Assembly: GCF_964355755.1 (NCBI RefSeq)
Contig: NC_092674.1
Location: 10,664,001 to 10,728,000, forward strand
DNA from: Antedon mediterranea
Taxonomy: Eukaryota; Animalia; Echinodermata
Direction: 5' to 3'
DNA length: 64,000 bases
Part shown: positions 38,440-50,450 of the stretch, piece after piece
Numbering within the stretch: position 1 is the stretch's first letter
Layout: every line of letters begins with the position of its first letter
The notes under the pieces: model-generated
Told to the model about the DNA's origin: nothing
The model's input: only the letters and a program-made list of their open reading frames with translations
Database searches by the model: none
Translations under genes and position numbers: made by a program

Positions 38440-38533
38440 TGAAAATTAGAGCAACTGAACAGAACTCTGCAAGACTTATTTAATTATGAAAATTAGAGCA
38501 ACTGAACAGAACTCTGCAAGACTTATTTAATTA
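38440..38533 (+). repeat. Exact 47-bp tandem duplication
   Basis: tgaaaattagagcaactgaacagaactctgcaagacttatttaatta twice. Confidence 0.95.
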
Positions 38534-39619
38534 CTAATGTGATTTTTGTGTTGTTTAGAGGTCTGTTGCTTATGACCAGTTCCTTTCAGTTTATTGAGTT
38601 TCTGTCAGTTGCATGTCCAGCTCAATGGATGTACATACTACCACACCCCATTTTTACAGTCACACTCTAGCTTTAGCATCCACTATGCATCTTTCATCTT
38701 AACCTTAGCTTCCGTTTAGAATTTATTCTGTTATTGTTCATCTATTATGTTATCTCAACTTGTAATTTATGCAGTAAGAACAATTTTAAACTTGAAATAT
38801 ATGGGATTGCATTTGCATTTAATAGTCGGATATAGATTAGGAGAAGTATTTATTTTTATTCTACTAGATTATTTCTATCGTCATTCAAATCGCTAAAATG
38901 GATTGCTTTGACCTCTTGCGAATATTAAAACGTTCCATCGGATTTAGAATATTTGCGAAAACTCATTAGAACTCAAAAAGCGTATTAGTTAATGGAAGCT
39001 GATGTCCCCTGACTTAAAATCTTTACAAGTTTATGCGCTACCCGGTAATTAAACAAACTGAAGACGTTACGCACATGGTTGGCGTGGATTACACGATCAG
39101 TTACTGCTCTGAAATTAGAAAATGCTTTTTTGATTAAAGATCTGTGGCGAAATTTGTTAGGACAAAATATGTTCGTTTTTGTAATTTCTATTTTGAACAA
39201 TCATTATTCTTTTTATTTTTGATGTACTGTATCTCGTTTTGTAGAAAAATTTAAACAATGCCCTCTATAGTTCACAACCAACTTCTTTACTCAAATTTGT
39301 AATCAGCTTCAACTGTACTTTAATAGATAAATATTAACCTATTTTTACATTAGTAAATATTTATAAAATGAACTCTCACAAATTCTAGGTTTCATTTCAT
39401 TAAAATTAACAGCTTAGATATGGTCTTCATTGTTTTTAATTTAAGCTTAACTTAGGTGTTATTAGTGATCTAGATTGTTCCTAATTTGATTATTTTTAAA
39501 TGTATCTAGATTGAATTAATTTTGTAACCCAATTTTGTTGTGTTTAGTTGGTATGGTAGATTTTTTAGTAGAGTATTAATTGCATTCTAAATGTAAAATA
39601 CTTATATTTCTTGGATATA

Positions 39620-39622
<3 letters not shown>

Positions 39623-39651
<29 letters not shown>
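39623..39651. repeat. (AT)n microsatellite
   Basis: Uninterrupted atatat run. Confidence 0.95.
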
Positions 39652-39654
<3 letters not shown>

Positions 39655-39761
39655 AAATCAGGCACAGAACATTAATTCTAAACCGCCCGGTGATATACTG
39701 AAATTTAATTAATTAATTTGAAACGATAAAGATGAGGAAATCTGTGAGAATGAAAAAAATT

Positions 39762-39833
39762 CGCCCCAACCGAGACTCGAACTCGGACCGCCTGCTTGAT
39801 ATGCAGATGTCCTAACCATTAGACCACTGGGGC
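39762..39833 (-). tRNA. tRNA-like cloverleaf with ATC (Asp) anticodon; probably a tRNA-derived repeat or pseudogene
   Basis: gccccag tg gtc taatggttag gac a tctgc atATCaa gcagg cggt ccgag ttcgagt ctcgg ttggggc g. All four stems pair, A and B boxes are intact, and T7 follows. A at position 32 and the ATC anticodon are non-canonical. Confidence 0.6.
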
Positions 39834-39940
39834 TTTCATGGTATTGTTCGAACTCGAGAGAGGGAGTGAGATAGCATAATGGTGATCCCCGCTCTAGTAT
39901 TCATATTCACATGCACACAATAAAGACCTTGGTACATTGT

Positions 39941-40060
39941 ATTGTAGTAAAATCCCTTTTGGAACACCTTTGTTACAACAAAATGACTCCTTTATAGGGG
40001 TTGACCATATTTCCCATGGTTCCTTAATAGGGTTGTCCCAACGCAGGGTATCTACTATAT
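39941..40060. mobile_element. Degenerate TA-flanked MITE of the GGGACAC / CTTAATAGGG family
   Basis: tagtaaaatccc ... ccttaataggg ... tctacta. Relatives at about 42676-42765, 45523-45600 and 49968-50489. Confidence 0.5.
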
Positions 40061-40752
40061 AATGGTCTGTTGGTGTGTGTAGGTAGCTGGCTGACCATAG
40101 ACTTAAGATTTCCTTTTCAGTGGAAACTAGCATGCATGGTCTGTGTTGCAGTACAAAATCACAAGAACAAAATGTTTAGATGTTCTAGAGGGAAATTGTG
40201 AACAGTCGTCTACATTCATTTGTATTGTATAGAATTGTAATAAACCAATGTGTGTAATTTTCCTCTTTTTTTGTATGTGGGTTTTTTCATACCTTTTTAA
40301 CTTTACCGCATACGAAAAAATAGTGATGACGCTTTGTTTACATATCAATAAGTGATGTCATTTACTGTTCACCATTTCCCTCAATAGTATATTATTGTAT
40401 TGTTTATTTAATATTTTTTAATTGCATCATATGTAACCTATTATTTTGTAATTATGCATTTTTTCATATATAATTTGCATGATTTTCTAAAAAGAAATGC
40501 AACAATGTCATGTTCGTCCAGCAAAAAATTATTCATTTGCTTTTCTTGGTTTGAATTTCTTGTTGTTATATTGACATTATTTTGGTGTTTTATCTTTTTA
40601 TTTTTATAGACCCACGATTCACTCAAGACAATTCAGGACAAATGCAACATCGTATTCCATGATGATCAGTACTTGCCACGCCCATCTAGCATTGAATTCC
40701 TACACTCATATGTTGCAGCTGCAAAGCTTTAAGGCTTGTTTTGTTTTCTTAT

Positions 40753-41345
40753 GGTTGGCCAAGATTCTTCTGGTTGCCCAAGATTTTCCTGGTTACCCAA
40801 GGTTATTTTGGTTGCTCAAAGTTCTTCTGGTTGCCCGAGGTTCTTCTGGTTGCCCGAGGTTCTTCTGGTTGCCCAAGGTTCTCCTGGTTACCCAAGGTTA
40901 TTTTGGTTGCTCAAAGTTCTTCTGGTTGCCCATGGTTCTTCTGGGTGCCCAAGGTTCTTCTGGTTACCCAAGGTTATTTTAGTTGCTCAAAGTTCTTCTG
41001 GTTGCCTGAGGTTCTTCTGGTTGCCCAAGGTTCTCCTGGTTACCCAAGGTTATTTTGGTTACCCAAGGTTCTTCTGGTTACCCAAGGTTCTTCTGGTTGC
41101 CATGATTCTTCTGATTGCCCAAGGGTCTTCTGGTTGCCCAAGACTCTTTTGGTTGCCCAAGGCTCTTCTGGTAATCCAATGTTCTTTTGGTTGCCCAAGG
41201 CTCTTTTGGTTGCCCAAGGTTCTTCTTGTTGCTCCAAGGTTCTTCTGGTTGCCTAAGATTCTTCTGGTTGGCCAAGGTTCTTCTGTTTGCCCGAGGTTCT
41301 TCTGGTTGGCCAAGGCTCTTTTGGTTGTCCAGGGTTCTTCTGATA
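40753..41345 (+). repeat. Minisatellite, 19-bp unit GGTTGCCCAAGGTTCTTCT, about 31 copies
   Basis: Direct reading. The variant pair ggttacccaaggttatttt-ggttgctcaaagttcttct recurs every 4-5 units. Confidence 0.95.
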
Positions 41346-42773
41346 TCTTCAAGGTGCATCTCTGGTTTCCCAATGTTCGTAACTGACCCAGGTTTTATAA
41401 ATCACAATGTTCTATTGGCTATCTCTATTTATAGGTGGCCCAATGTATATTGAGGTTACAAGACATAATTTTCTGTAGTTAAAACTATATCAAAAATCAT
41501 ACACTGATAAAGGAAACAAGTATGTTGATCTTTATTGCAAGAAAGAGGGTGTTACCATGTGTGTTGGGAACTACGCAGATTTTTAAATATTTGTCCATAG
41601 AATTTTTGTTAAATCTTATATTTGAATTTACAATTTGAGTTTACATCTTGTCAGTATTTGATGTTTGTGATATCCATTCTGATGTCACCAACGATATATC
41701 CATAGCTCACCAAGTTGCCTGAAGCTCCTGAGTATACTAATTGCTGCAGAATATCTGATGCTCTTCAGGTTGCCTTGTATTGCATATAAGTGCATGAAAT
41801 TCCTCAGGTTTTATTCTCAGGTTGCCTGGTACTCTTGGAGCTATGTTAAATAATTGTATAGGGCATTGCATGGCCCTTTGTTATGCTGGCAAAATCCAGC
41901 AGACTGTAGGCCAGTTAATTTAATTAGTGTAAAATACCTGTTAAACTATAGTAACAAAATTGAGAAAATATTCTAACTTTAAACCAATAAATTTACCTTT
42001 ACAATATTATTTCCTGATTTTGAGAACACAATTACAGCAAATAATGCGATGTATGTATGACTGCTTTATTATCATAACTATGTGGGTCTGAACAACTTCA
42101 TTTTCTACATGTTGATGTGATTGATGTGCTGAGATTTTTGTTTTAATATATTCTGAAAGATCTAAAGACATTTTTTATAACAGAAGATAAACAATGAAAT
42201 CTGCTAAAATATAGTATTAACAAATCCTCTCGGTGCAATGTTATTTAAGAGTGGTTTTTCTAATTTGTTGACTTTAAAAAATGTATTTATGTTAGGCGAG
42301 ATTTACCCAATTTTGATACTGTGAGAAGAGGGTCACAGGTAAATTAAATTTTCAGTACTGTCTGTAAATATTATTTAGGTGAAAATGATGAAATTGAAAT
42401 CTTTTAACACCTGATATGCAAATAGATAACACATGGAAAAGAAGTATATATTTTCACCAGATCAAAATTATTATGTATTTATGAAAATAGCCTAATGCAT
42501 CATGGGAAATTATTGGCACATACTAAAAAATACTAACAGGCGCTCATCCGTAACTGATAATCAATAACAACATACACTGATGGATTGATGTGTGATATGC
42601 CATTGGAGATGGTCTTAAAATCAATAAATAACAGAGTGTGAAATTATTCCTAACAATTGGTTTGCAGCAAACACAATAGAACCCTATTAACCTTTGGGAC
42701 CTAACAAAGTGCTTCTTTGATAGGGGTGGTGCCCCCTGAATAGAGGTATCACAAAAGAGAGGTTTTTCTTTTA

Positions 42774-42957
42774 AGCGTGGTTCCCACTAGCGACGCAACA
42801 CAAAGACGTAACGCAACGCAAGTGAATTGACCAATCACAAGCAATGGCTTATTCGCTTGTGATGGCTACGGTAACTGTCTATAACTTCGCTTGTCATTGG
42901 TTAAAACGCTTGCGTTGCGTTTATGTCCTTGCGCTACATTCTAGTGGGAACCAAGCT
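42774..42957. mobile_element. PIF/Harbinger-like MITE
   Basis: tta|agcgtggttcccactag ... ctagtgggaaccaagct|tta, with internal acgca / tgcgt inverted repeats. Confidence 0.85.
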
Positions 42958-43153
42958 TTAGTGACAATGTTAGATTTATGTACCATACTGATGTAGGTAT
43001 AAGCCCACCCTGGGGGTATAAGTGTATATTTTGAGGCAGAATTGTCCATACATAGCCTTGTTCCTCATCATTTAAATTTTTATTCAACTTTGATGAATTT
43101 TTCTTTTTATTTGCAACACAATATTGATGGAATCTTTTCTTTGATTCGTTATA

Positions 43154-43272
43154 AAGCTCTGTTAACACTATAAAACTAGTGAGCTGTGCCCAAATATGGT
43201 AGTGATATGATGTCATCGTGTCCATATGTGGGCACATCACATAAAGTTAGTTGATAGTGTAGACAGAGCTTT
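43154..43272. mobile_element. Family-A hairpin MITE copy
   Basis: aagctctgttaacactat ... gcccaaatatgg ... ccatatgtgggcacatcac ... tgatagtgtagacagagctt. Confidence 0.8.
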
Positions 43273-44426
43273 TTTCTACAAGATAATGTATCTCACATCA
43301 ATCTGTTCATTCAAGTACAAAGTATTGATGGTGGTCAAATGTTAGTGTGAATAGATATTGCCTTGGTTTTTGTATGTGTTTGATTTGGCAACAAAAAACA
43401 TATCTTAATAGAATTACACAACAGGGGTATGAATTAAGAATTCACTTCAACAACTCGTTCAAGGCCATTTCAATTTACCACACGTTGGGTAATATATTGT
43501 GTTTATTTGCCTTGCAATTCGGTCACTGCTTTATTTTCAATACGTTCATATAAATTTTACATTGGCCATAATTTCTTTATATCAATTTCTTTATCAATTT
43601 TTTTTGGTATCAATTTTTCTTTATCAATTTTACTTGATACTCATTTTTCGTGATATATTTTCTTGATATCATACTTTCTTTGAAAAATGTTCTTGATATA
43701 GATTTGTTATCAATGTTCAAAAACAGCATATCTATTTTATAGTTTATATGGAAATTTATAAAGATAAAAAAAAATCTTCCAATGTTAGTGTAATGAATTT
43801 GGCCCTTGATGATATATGTAGAATAAATTGTATTATAATTATGTATTATTAACTTATAAGTGTTGTGTATTTGTTTACAAATTTTTCACAGATTTGAAAA
43901 CGAAATGCTTCCTCTTGTAAAATAAAGTACAAATAAAATAACGAGGATTTTATTTTATGGTTTTGTTTTGGTTTTGTTGTAATCAAAATGCTGTTTTTGG
44001 TGCCTCAACCAAATTGTAACATGGGATAATCGTGCCAATGCTTTCACACGCTCGTTTAATGTAAAATGTAATCGCGTTTAAAAAAGGATACGCTCGCATG
44101 CCCAGTGTGCCGTAACATCCATATAATCTTTACAGGCATTCATTTTGTCTTGTAAGAAAACAAATACAGAAAGTTATTGTTTGACTATAATATCAAACAT
44201 TTAGCGAAATATCAGGCAGATAAGTATCTAAAACTGTTATCGTTTTGCAGTGTCGGCCTATCTCATAATTTTATTTAGTATAGATACACTGTATTTTAAC
44301 CTAGTTTCCCCTATAATACATTTTCTCGTCTTGGATGTTTTTCGAAAATTTCGTGCACTATGGAATAGGGAATATGCCTTGTTCCTCATCGTTATATTTA
44401 TATTCTTTTCTTTGATTCGTTATATG

Positions 44427-44567
44427 AAGCATCACTATAGAACTAATTTGACAAAAAAGTGAGCTGTGCCCAAATATGGTAGTGGTATGATGTCATTGTG
44501 TCCATATGTGGACACATCTCTTTTTTTTTGTCACATAAAATTAGTTGATAGTGTATAGACAGAGCTT
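44427..44567. mobile_element. Family-A hairpin MITE copy, duplicated together with its flank
   Basis: Shares diagnostic variants gtgagctgtgccc and ttagttgatagtgt, and the upstream flank, with the 43154 copy. Confidence 0.75.
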
Positions 44568-45912
44568 TAGGATTTTAAAATTCCATGCAAAATGGAACAG
44601 GGAATTTGTTTTGAAAAATAATTGAAATCGAAAAATATCAACCATAACATAATGATGTAGGTACAGTACCATGTGCAAACTACATTACGTGATTCTGTGT
44701 ATGCCATTATTTCACAAAACATAATGGTCGAAATTTTGTCATTTTTCGTAAATTTCCCTATGATTTTTAACTTTTTAAAATGTAATTATCTGCACATTAT
44801 ATTATAAAGTGTTATCACTAATTAATTAATGTTAACTTACTCAATATTTTTCTTCAAAGAGACAACATTTACAAAACACAGAAGATAAAGTTGTTATCAT
44901 ATTTATTGAAGTGTTGTCATCATGTCAGGTATTTTAACAATTTTAGCTAATTGTGTTTTTGTAAACTAAATTACACACAATTACAAAAAAGAATCATTCA
45001 ACCAGATAAAAAATCAAAATCATAATAATATGTCATTATTATAAGCTTATGTTCATATCATCTACCGTGAAATGTAAAAATATCCTGTGACTTATTCCCT
45101 TATTACATATTTAAATATCAATTGCAACTATGTTTTGTCATTCTAGGGAAGAACTCCCTGACTCAAAAGTCAATAGCTCAGTGGGTTTGTGTTTGGTTAT
45201 TTCTGGCTAAACTTTAATTTGTAGTGAACAATCGACTCTCTCAATAACATACTATGAAGACTAGATCTCTCTTAAAACCAGACTTTATTAAGGTCTAAAA
45301 GGTCCCAAATTAATTTGTTACCATTAAAAATTAATTCAAAATAGTAATAATAATAACTGGTAGAGAAACAGACATATTTAGGCCAGCCCAAGGTCCAGTC
45401 CAATATTGGGAGAGTTGTATTTGAACTTTATGGTAGCCATAGTCGTGGTATTTCACCCTCTTGGTGCACTGTCCCAAACCTATTTAATTATATTAGTTGC
45501 ATCCTGCTATGACTTCACCAAACAGTAAAACAGAGGACACCTTTATGACCAAACAAAGTGTCTCCTAATTAGGGATGTCCCCTTAATAGATGTTGATCAC
45601 AGCATGAAAACATATAGTTCCTCTCATTCATTTCATGGAAAAGTATCCACTTTTAATGAAGAGTGTCTCAAAAAATTATTAAAAAATTGCCTAAAACAGC
45701 CATGAGTTTATTATATATTCCTATACTGTATACTTTTGATGACAACATAATTATATTTTGTAAACTTATTTCATTAACATACTGTATATAACTATATTTC
45801 TTTGGATTGGGTAAGAAGATGAAATGATAGTTCAAATAATTATTTAAATACTCAATTACAAAACAAGAACAGAGATAAAAATTTAAACAAAAGGTTTCAA
45901 GCAACTTTAGGT

Positions 45913-47933
45913 GTAGTAACTATAACATAATGGCTCAAATATAAGCCCATGTTTCAATTACAAGCCCACACCACCACACATTAAGTCATTTTCAAGCAAA
46001 ATGAATAAACCAAAACAACTATGTTAATGGTTGTAGTCAATCATATTCTAAAATGTTACCTTTTTTATCTAAAGATTGTTATATATTTTATTTACACAAT
46101 ATCAATAGATTAATTAAAACATGGGCTTTTGCCTGAATCAATTTAGGTATACAATGTTGCTTAATAGTAACTTTAACATACTGGCTCAAATATAAGCCCA
46201 TGTTTCAAGTTCAAACCCACACCACCACACATACATTAAGTAATTTTCAAGCTAAATAAATAAACCAAGCAACTATGTTTTGGTTGTAGTCAATCGATAA
46301 CAATAACAATATCAACTAGAATTTAATTCGTCACTTTGACGAATTATAGGTGATCATTTTTATCATTTTAATGAAATTAATTTTTTTTAAACATGTACGT
46401 ACGTTAACATACGATAGGAAAATGTTGATGTATGCCATCCTATTATACGCTTATATTGCTGAGTTATGCCTATTATATGCCATATACAATGTACAGTATA
46501 TACTGTATATCTATATACAGTGTAGCATAGGTGAAATTATGGGACACACATCAAGTTCAAATTTTTTGGTATGATGGAATTATCAAAATAAACTCGAAGA
46601 TGACAATTTCGAAAGATAATGAATTGAGCAAATAAATATAAGGATTGGAAGAGAATTTGACACGTAGAAGCGCAATGCGCGCTCTTTGAAATTTGTATAA
46701 CTTCGACTAAAGAAATTTAAAAACTACTTTTTAACTTCAACTGGCCATATGATAACATCACAACATCCGATAGGCTTAATTTTTATATGAATTCATATCT
46801 ACATTTCATCAGCTTTCATAATAAATTATAATCTTCAAGGTCACCTTTAATTCTGAGGAGCTATAAGATATTCAAATGTATGGTGTAGCTGAAATTACAC
46901 GACCTAAGTTATTCAAGTTTTTACGCGTAATGACGTCATCAAAATAAAAATGTTGACAACTTATGAGAAAGATAATTAATTGAGCAAGCACATACTAAAA
47001 TGTGTGCAAAAATTAATCTCAAATAACGGAGATGCGCTCTATTGAATGTGATAACCCACACAAAAAGATAATAATTACTAATTTTTAAATTCAAGTGGCC
47101 ATTTGATGACGTCATACCATTTTGTACGTCTAATATGTATATATATTTATATCTACAACTTATTGGCTTCCATAATAAGTTAAAACAATTGGGGGTCACC
47201 TGCCATTCTGAAGAGTTATATTCATTTTAAAAAGGCCTTATTTTTTTACCATTTTTAGCACTTTTGTACATTTAATGTGCGCATTTTGTCATTTTTAACG
47301 TGCTCGTATAGCGTTATTTTAAGTCGGAATGGACTCAAAGTCGGAGAATGTACTAAGGATTGTGAGTAGAATATGATGTATACATCAAATTTTATTTTTT
47401 ACCCTTTTTAAAAATTGCGTGCGCAAAAATGTGTTTTTGCGCAGTAATTTTTTGAAACACGCAAATGGCCTATTTCATGCTCTAAATTGATAAAAACTAA
47501 ATTTTGAGCTTTTTAAAATTTCAACGCGCGATTTCACGCGCATGACCTTGAAACGCCCGAGTTTTTATTTGCTTATATTTTTTATCTTGACCTCAAGTTT
47601 ACGTGTAGTGATTTTCAATAATATGTGATAATGAATTATGGAGATATGATTGATAATGTGATTTCACAAAATGGCGTATACGTGACGTCACGAATGAGTG
47701 ATCACGCTGAAAAGCTTATTAGGACTAAGTTAACGTATTTGAAAGACATTGTGAAATTTTGGTAATCATTAACATTAAACTTTTTGAGATATTTGTTACA
47801 CAAAATCTGTACAGAGAGAAATAAATAATAAGAATAAGAAGAATAAAGATTTCATACAATAACAATAGGTGATCATTTTATTCTAAATGATCACCTAATA
47901 AATAAATTAAAACATGGGCTTATGCCTGAATCA
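45913..47933 (+). repeat. ~230-bp tandem duplication whose second copy is split by an insertion
   Basis: Copy 1 at about 45913-46140 (tggctcaaatataagcccatg ... aattaaaacatgggcttttgcctgaatca). Copy 2 at 46165-46315 plus about 47902-47933. Confidence 0.8.
46316..47899 (-). mobile_element. Helentron/Helitron-type non-autonomous element (HINE / DINE-1-like architecture), 1.6 kb
   Basis: Minus strand: 5' palindrome aggtgatcattt-agaata-aaatgatcacct, a (TTC/TTA) microsatellite, the body, 3' subTIR aaatgatcacct, hairpin aattcgtca-aag-tgacgaatt and terminal CTAG. No TSD. Confidence 0.82.
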
Positions 47934-50125
47934 GTAAAGTAACTTAAAACAGTATTTTAAAATGCATATGTAGGCCTACATTTTTTTTAAATAAATCAAA
48001 ATAATCCATACTTAAAATAAACTTGGTATATTTAAAAAAACAAATGTTTTGAATGCAAAACTGTACATACAATATAATATTGTTTATTGATAGTCTGTGA
48101 TAAGTTATAGAAAACATTATCACATGTTATTAAATTTAATTATACTAATGTGTTTAAAATTTACAGCCTAAAATTCTATTTAATTGCCACTAAGATATCA
48201 ATATATAAAATAAAAAGTAACATTTACAAAGTGTTTGGAATACTCATATTTAACATTTACAATTTATATACTATAAGAATCCATTCCCTAAACTTAAGTT
48301 TATTTACCCAAACTTACTAGAGTACTAGTAAATCTCTATAGCAATGTGTTAAGAAGACAACCTACTCCAATTATCCCAGGACCACTATCCGAGGACTTAA
48401 CACCTCATCAAATCTTATGTCAGTATTTGTACTTGGAAGATTGGGTCTTTGTTGTGTGGACGTTATACGGATAGTTGTGCTAAGGAGGTATAGTTATTCA
48501 GATAGTTCTACATGGGATCCTGGTTTGATACCTCAACCCCAATATGTGGTGGATAGGATATATTCAATGGAGGAATGTCAATATATTACAAAGATACTGT
48601 TATCTAATCAAACACAACTGAAAAACAAATTATTTTATGTATATTTGATTTAATAGTCTTTCACTGTACATTTATTGCTTAAATGTTTTTAATGGCATTT
48701 TCAAAAATTAAATGAAAATCTATTAAAGAACTAGACATATAAAAGCCAAGACATTTCACAAATAATATTTGACAAAATAATCCCACAACATGTTATGGTC
48801 GGAATACTAGAATGTCCATTATTGGCTAGTGTCTAGAATGTTCGGGGTTTGGCTCTGGGATTACTTGAAACATGCCTAAGTGATGATACTTGAATCTGGT
48901 ATTATTTCTTAACTAATTTTTCAAATAATATGTAATCAGTTTGAAAATTAAATTCTGGATTAAAAACTTTTTACCATCATTATCAAATTTACTCAGTTTA
49001 ACATCGGTAAATGTTTATCCAGTAATGCTGTAATTCTTTTTCCATGGTTGAATGAGATGCAAATAAACAAACATTAAATTAATACAAATTTACTGTAACA
49101 ATTCTCTGTTGAATGTGTTTCTTTAAATATGCAAATTAATGTTCAGCTTTCAGTAATTGTTTATATGAAGAAAGAACATCTTAATTATAAAATATAATAA
49201 TAAAGTAACAAAATTTAGTTTAAAAACAACTTTGTATTTGCTTTCAACTCGGCCTGATTTTGAAAAAAAGTGCTGTGTTCCGGACATAGCAAAGTAGGTT
49301 TTAATTAACTTGTGTCCTAAAGCAAATTAATACCGAAGATGCCTTTCAGTGAATATAATATATTCGTGAATACACAGTAAAAAAAGTTCATATGTATAAC
49401 AGTACTATATCCAATAACCGAAATGGCCATCGCTCTAGGCATGTTATTCAATCTTTTTGGTAAAGTTAACGACACTAAAAATAAGTACAATCAAGCATGG
49501 AGAGCAATACCTATGCAGAACTAAGCAGATTTTATACATAGAAAATCACATATACACTCATTGTATACAAAATGCATCTTAATTGGAATTCACACTCTGG
49601 ACTTGCATTATATTGGATCAAACAAATATCTGTAGTTTTAGCTTTTGTATACTTGGTCCATGATGGAACATAAAACCGTTTTAAGTATTGGCAAAACGCA
49701 TGCCGGAATTACAATAAAAGAAGTCTGTTCATATCAGTTGCTTGTGACCTGTTCTTAAAAGCCCTTTTAAAATAAAATGTTTTATGTTAATTGAAATGGA
49801 GGTTTTCCAACCTTACAAATGTGTATAGTATATAATATATAAATCCAGACTAATTACTGAAAAACGGGTATCAGTGGCTGGATCACAATGGAGATACAAA
49901 ATAAAATAATAAAGTGAAATAGAGAGAAAACTTAGCAGATCTTTCAAGCAACACTAGACTTCATCAGTACAGTATTACTTATTACAAACAAAAAATGTAG
50001 ATGTGGTTCCCACAGCAAATTGTCCCTTTAGTAAGAGTGTCTTCTTAATAGGAAGTGAGTTAAAACATTAGTGTTAAGACATACATTTCCTCTCGTTTGT
50101 GTTACGAGACCGTGTCCCCTTAAAT

Positions 50126-50450
50126 AATAATAATAATAATAATAATACCACATTTATATAGCGCACTTTTCTTGAGTAATCATGCTCAAAGGCGCTTTAC
50201 AAGCATTATTACCCCAGTATTTTTTTGGGATCAAACACGTATGGAAACATACTCCCATAATGTAGCCGGTAACCAGCGCAAAGTTGTGTCTAGATCTAAC
50301 TGGGTACCCATTTATACACCTGGGTGGAGAGAGGCAACGTAAGTAAAGTATCTTGCCTACGGATACAAGCAATGCGGCGAGAGTTGGATTCGAACCTAGG
50401 TCTGACGATCGGTAGTACAACGTCCAACACACTGCGCCACACACCCTCAC
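50126..50450 (-). mobile_element. Full-length tRNA-derived SINE with (ATT)n tail, nested in a MITE
   Basis: Minus strand: A box tggcgcagtgt, B box ggttcgaatcc, central tgcctctctccacccaggtgtataaatgggtacc, 3' end gcgctatataaatg and (att)n. taaat on both flanks. It interrupts gtgtcccct|taaat|gggggtcc of a GGGACAC-family MITE (about 49968-50489). Confidence 0.88.

Noticed and set aside
40659-41453. Overlapping ORFs of 65-216 aa on both strands
   Set aside because: By-product of a stop-free 19-bp tandem repeat; no splice or domain evidence for a real gene.
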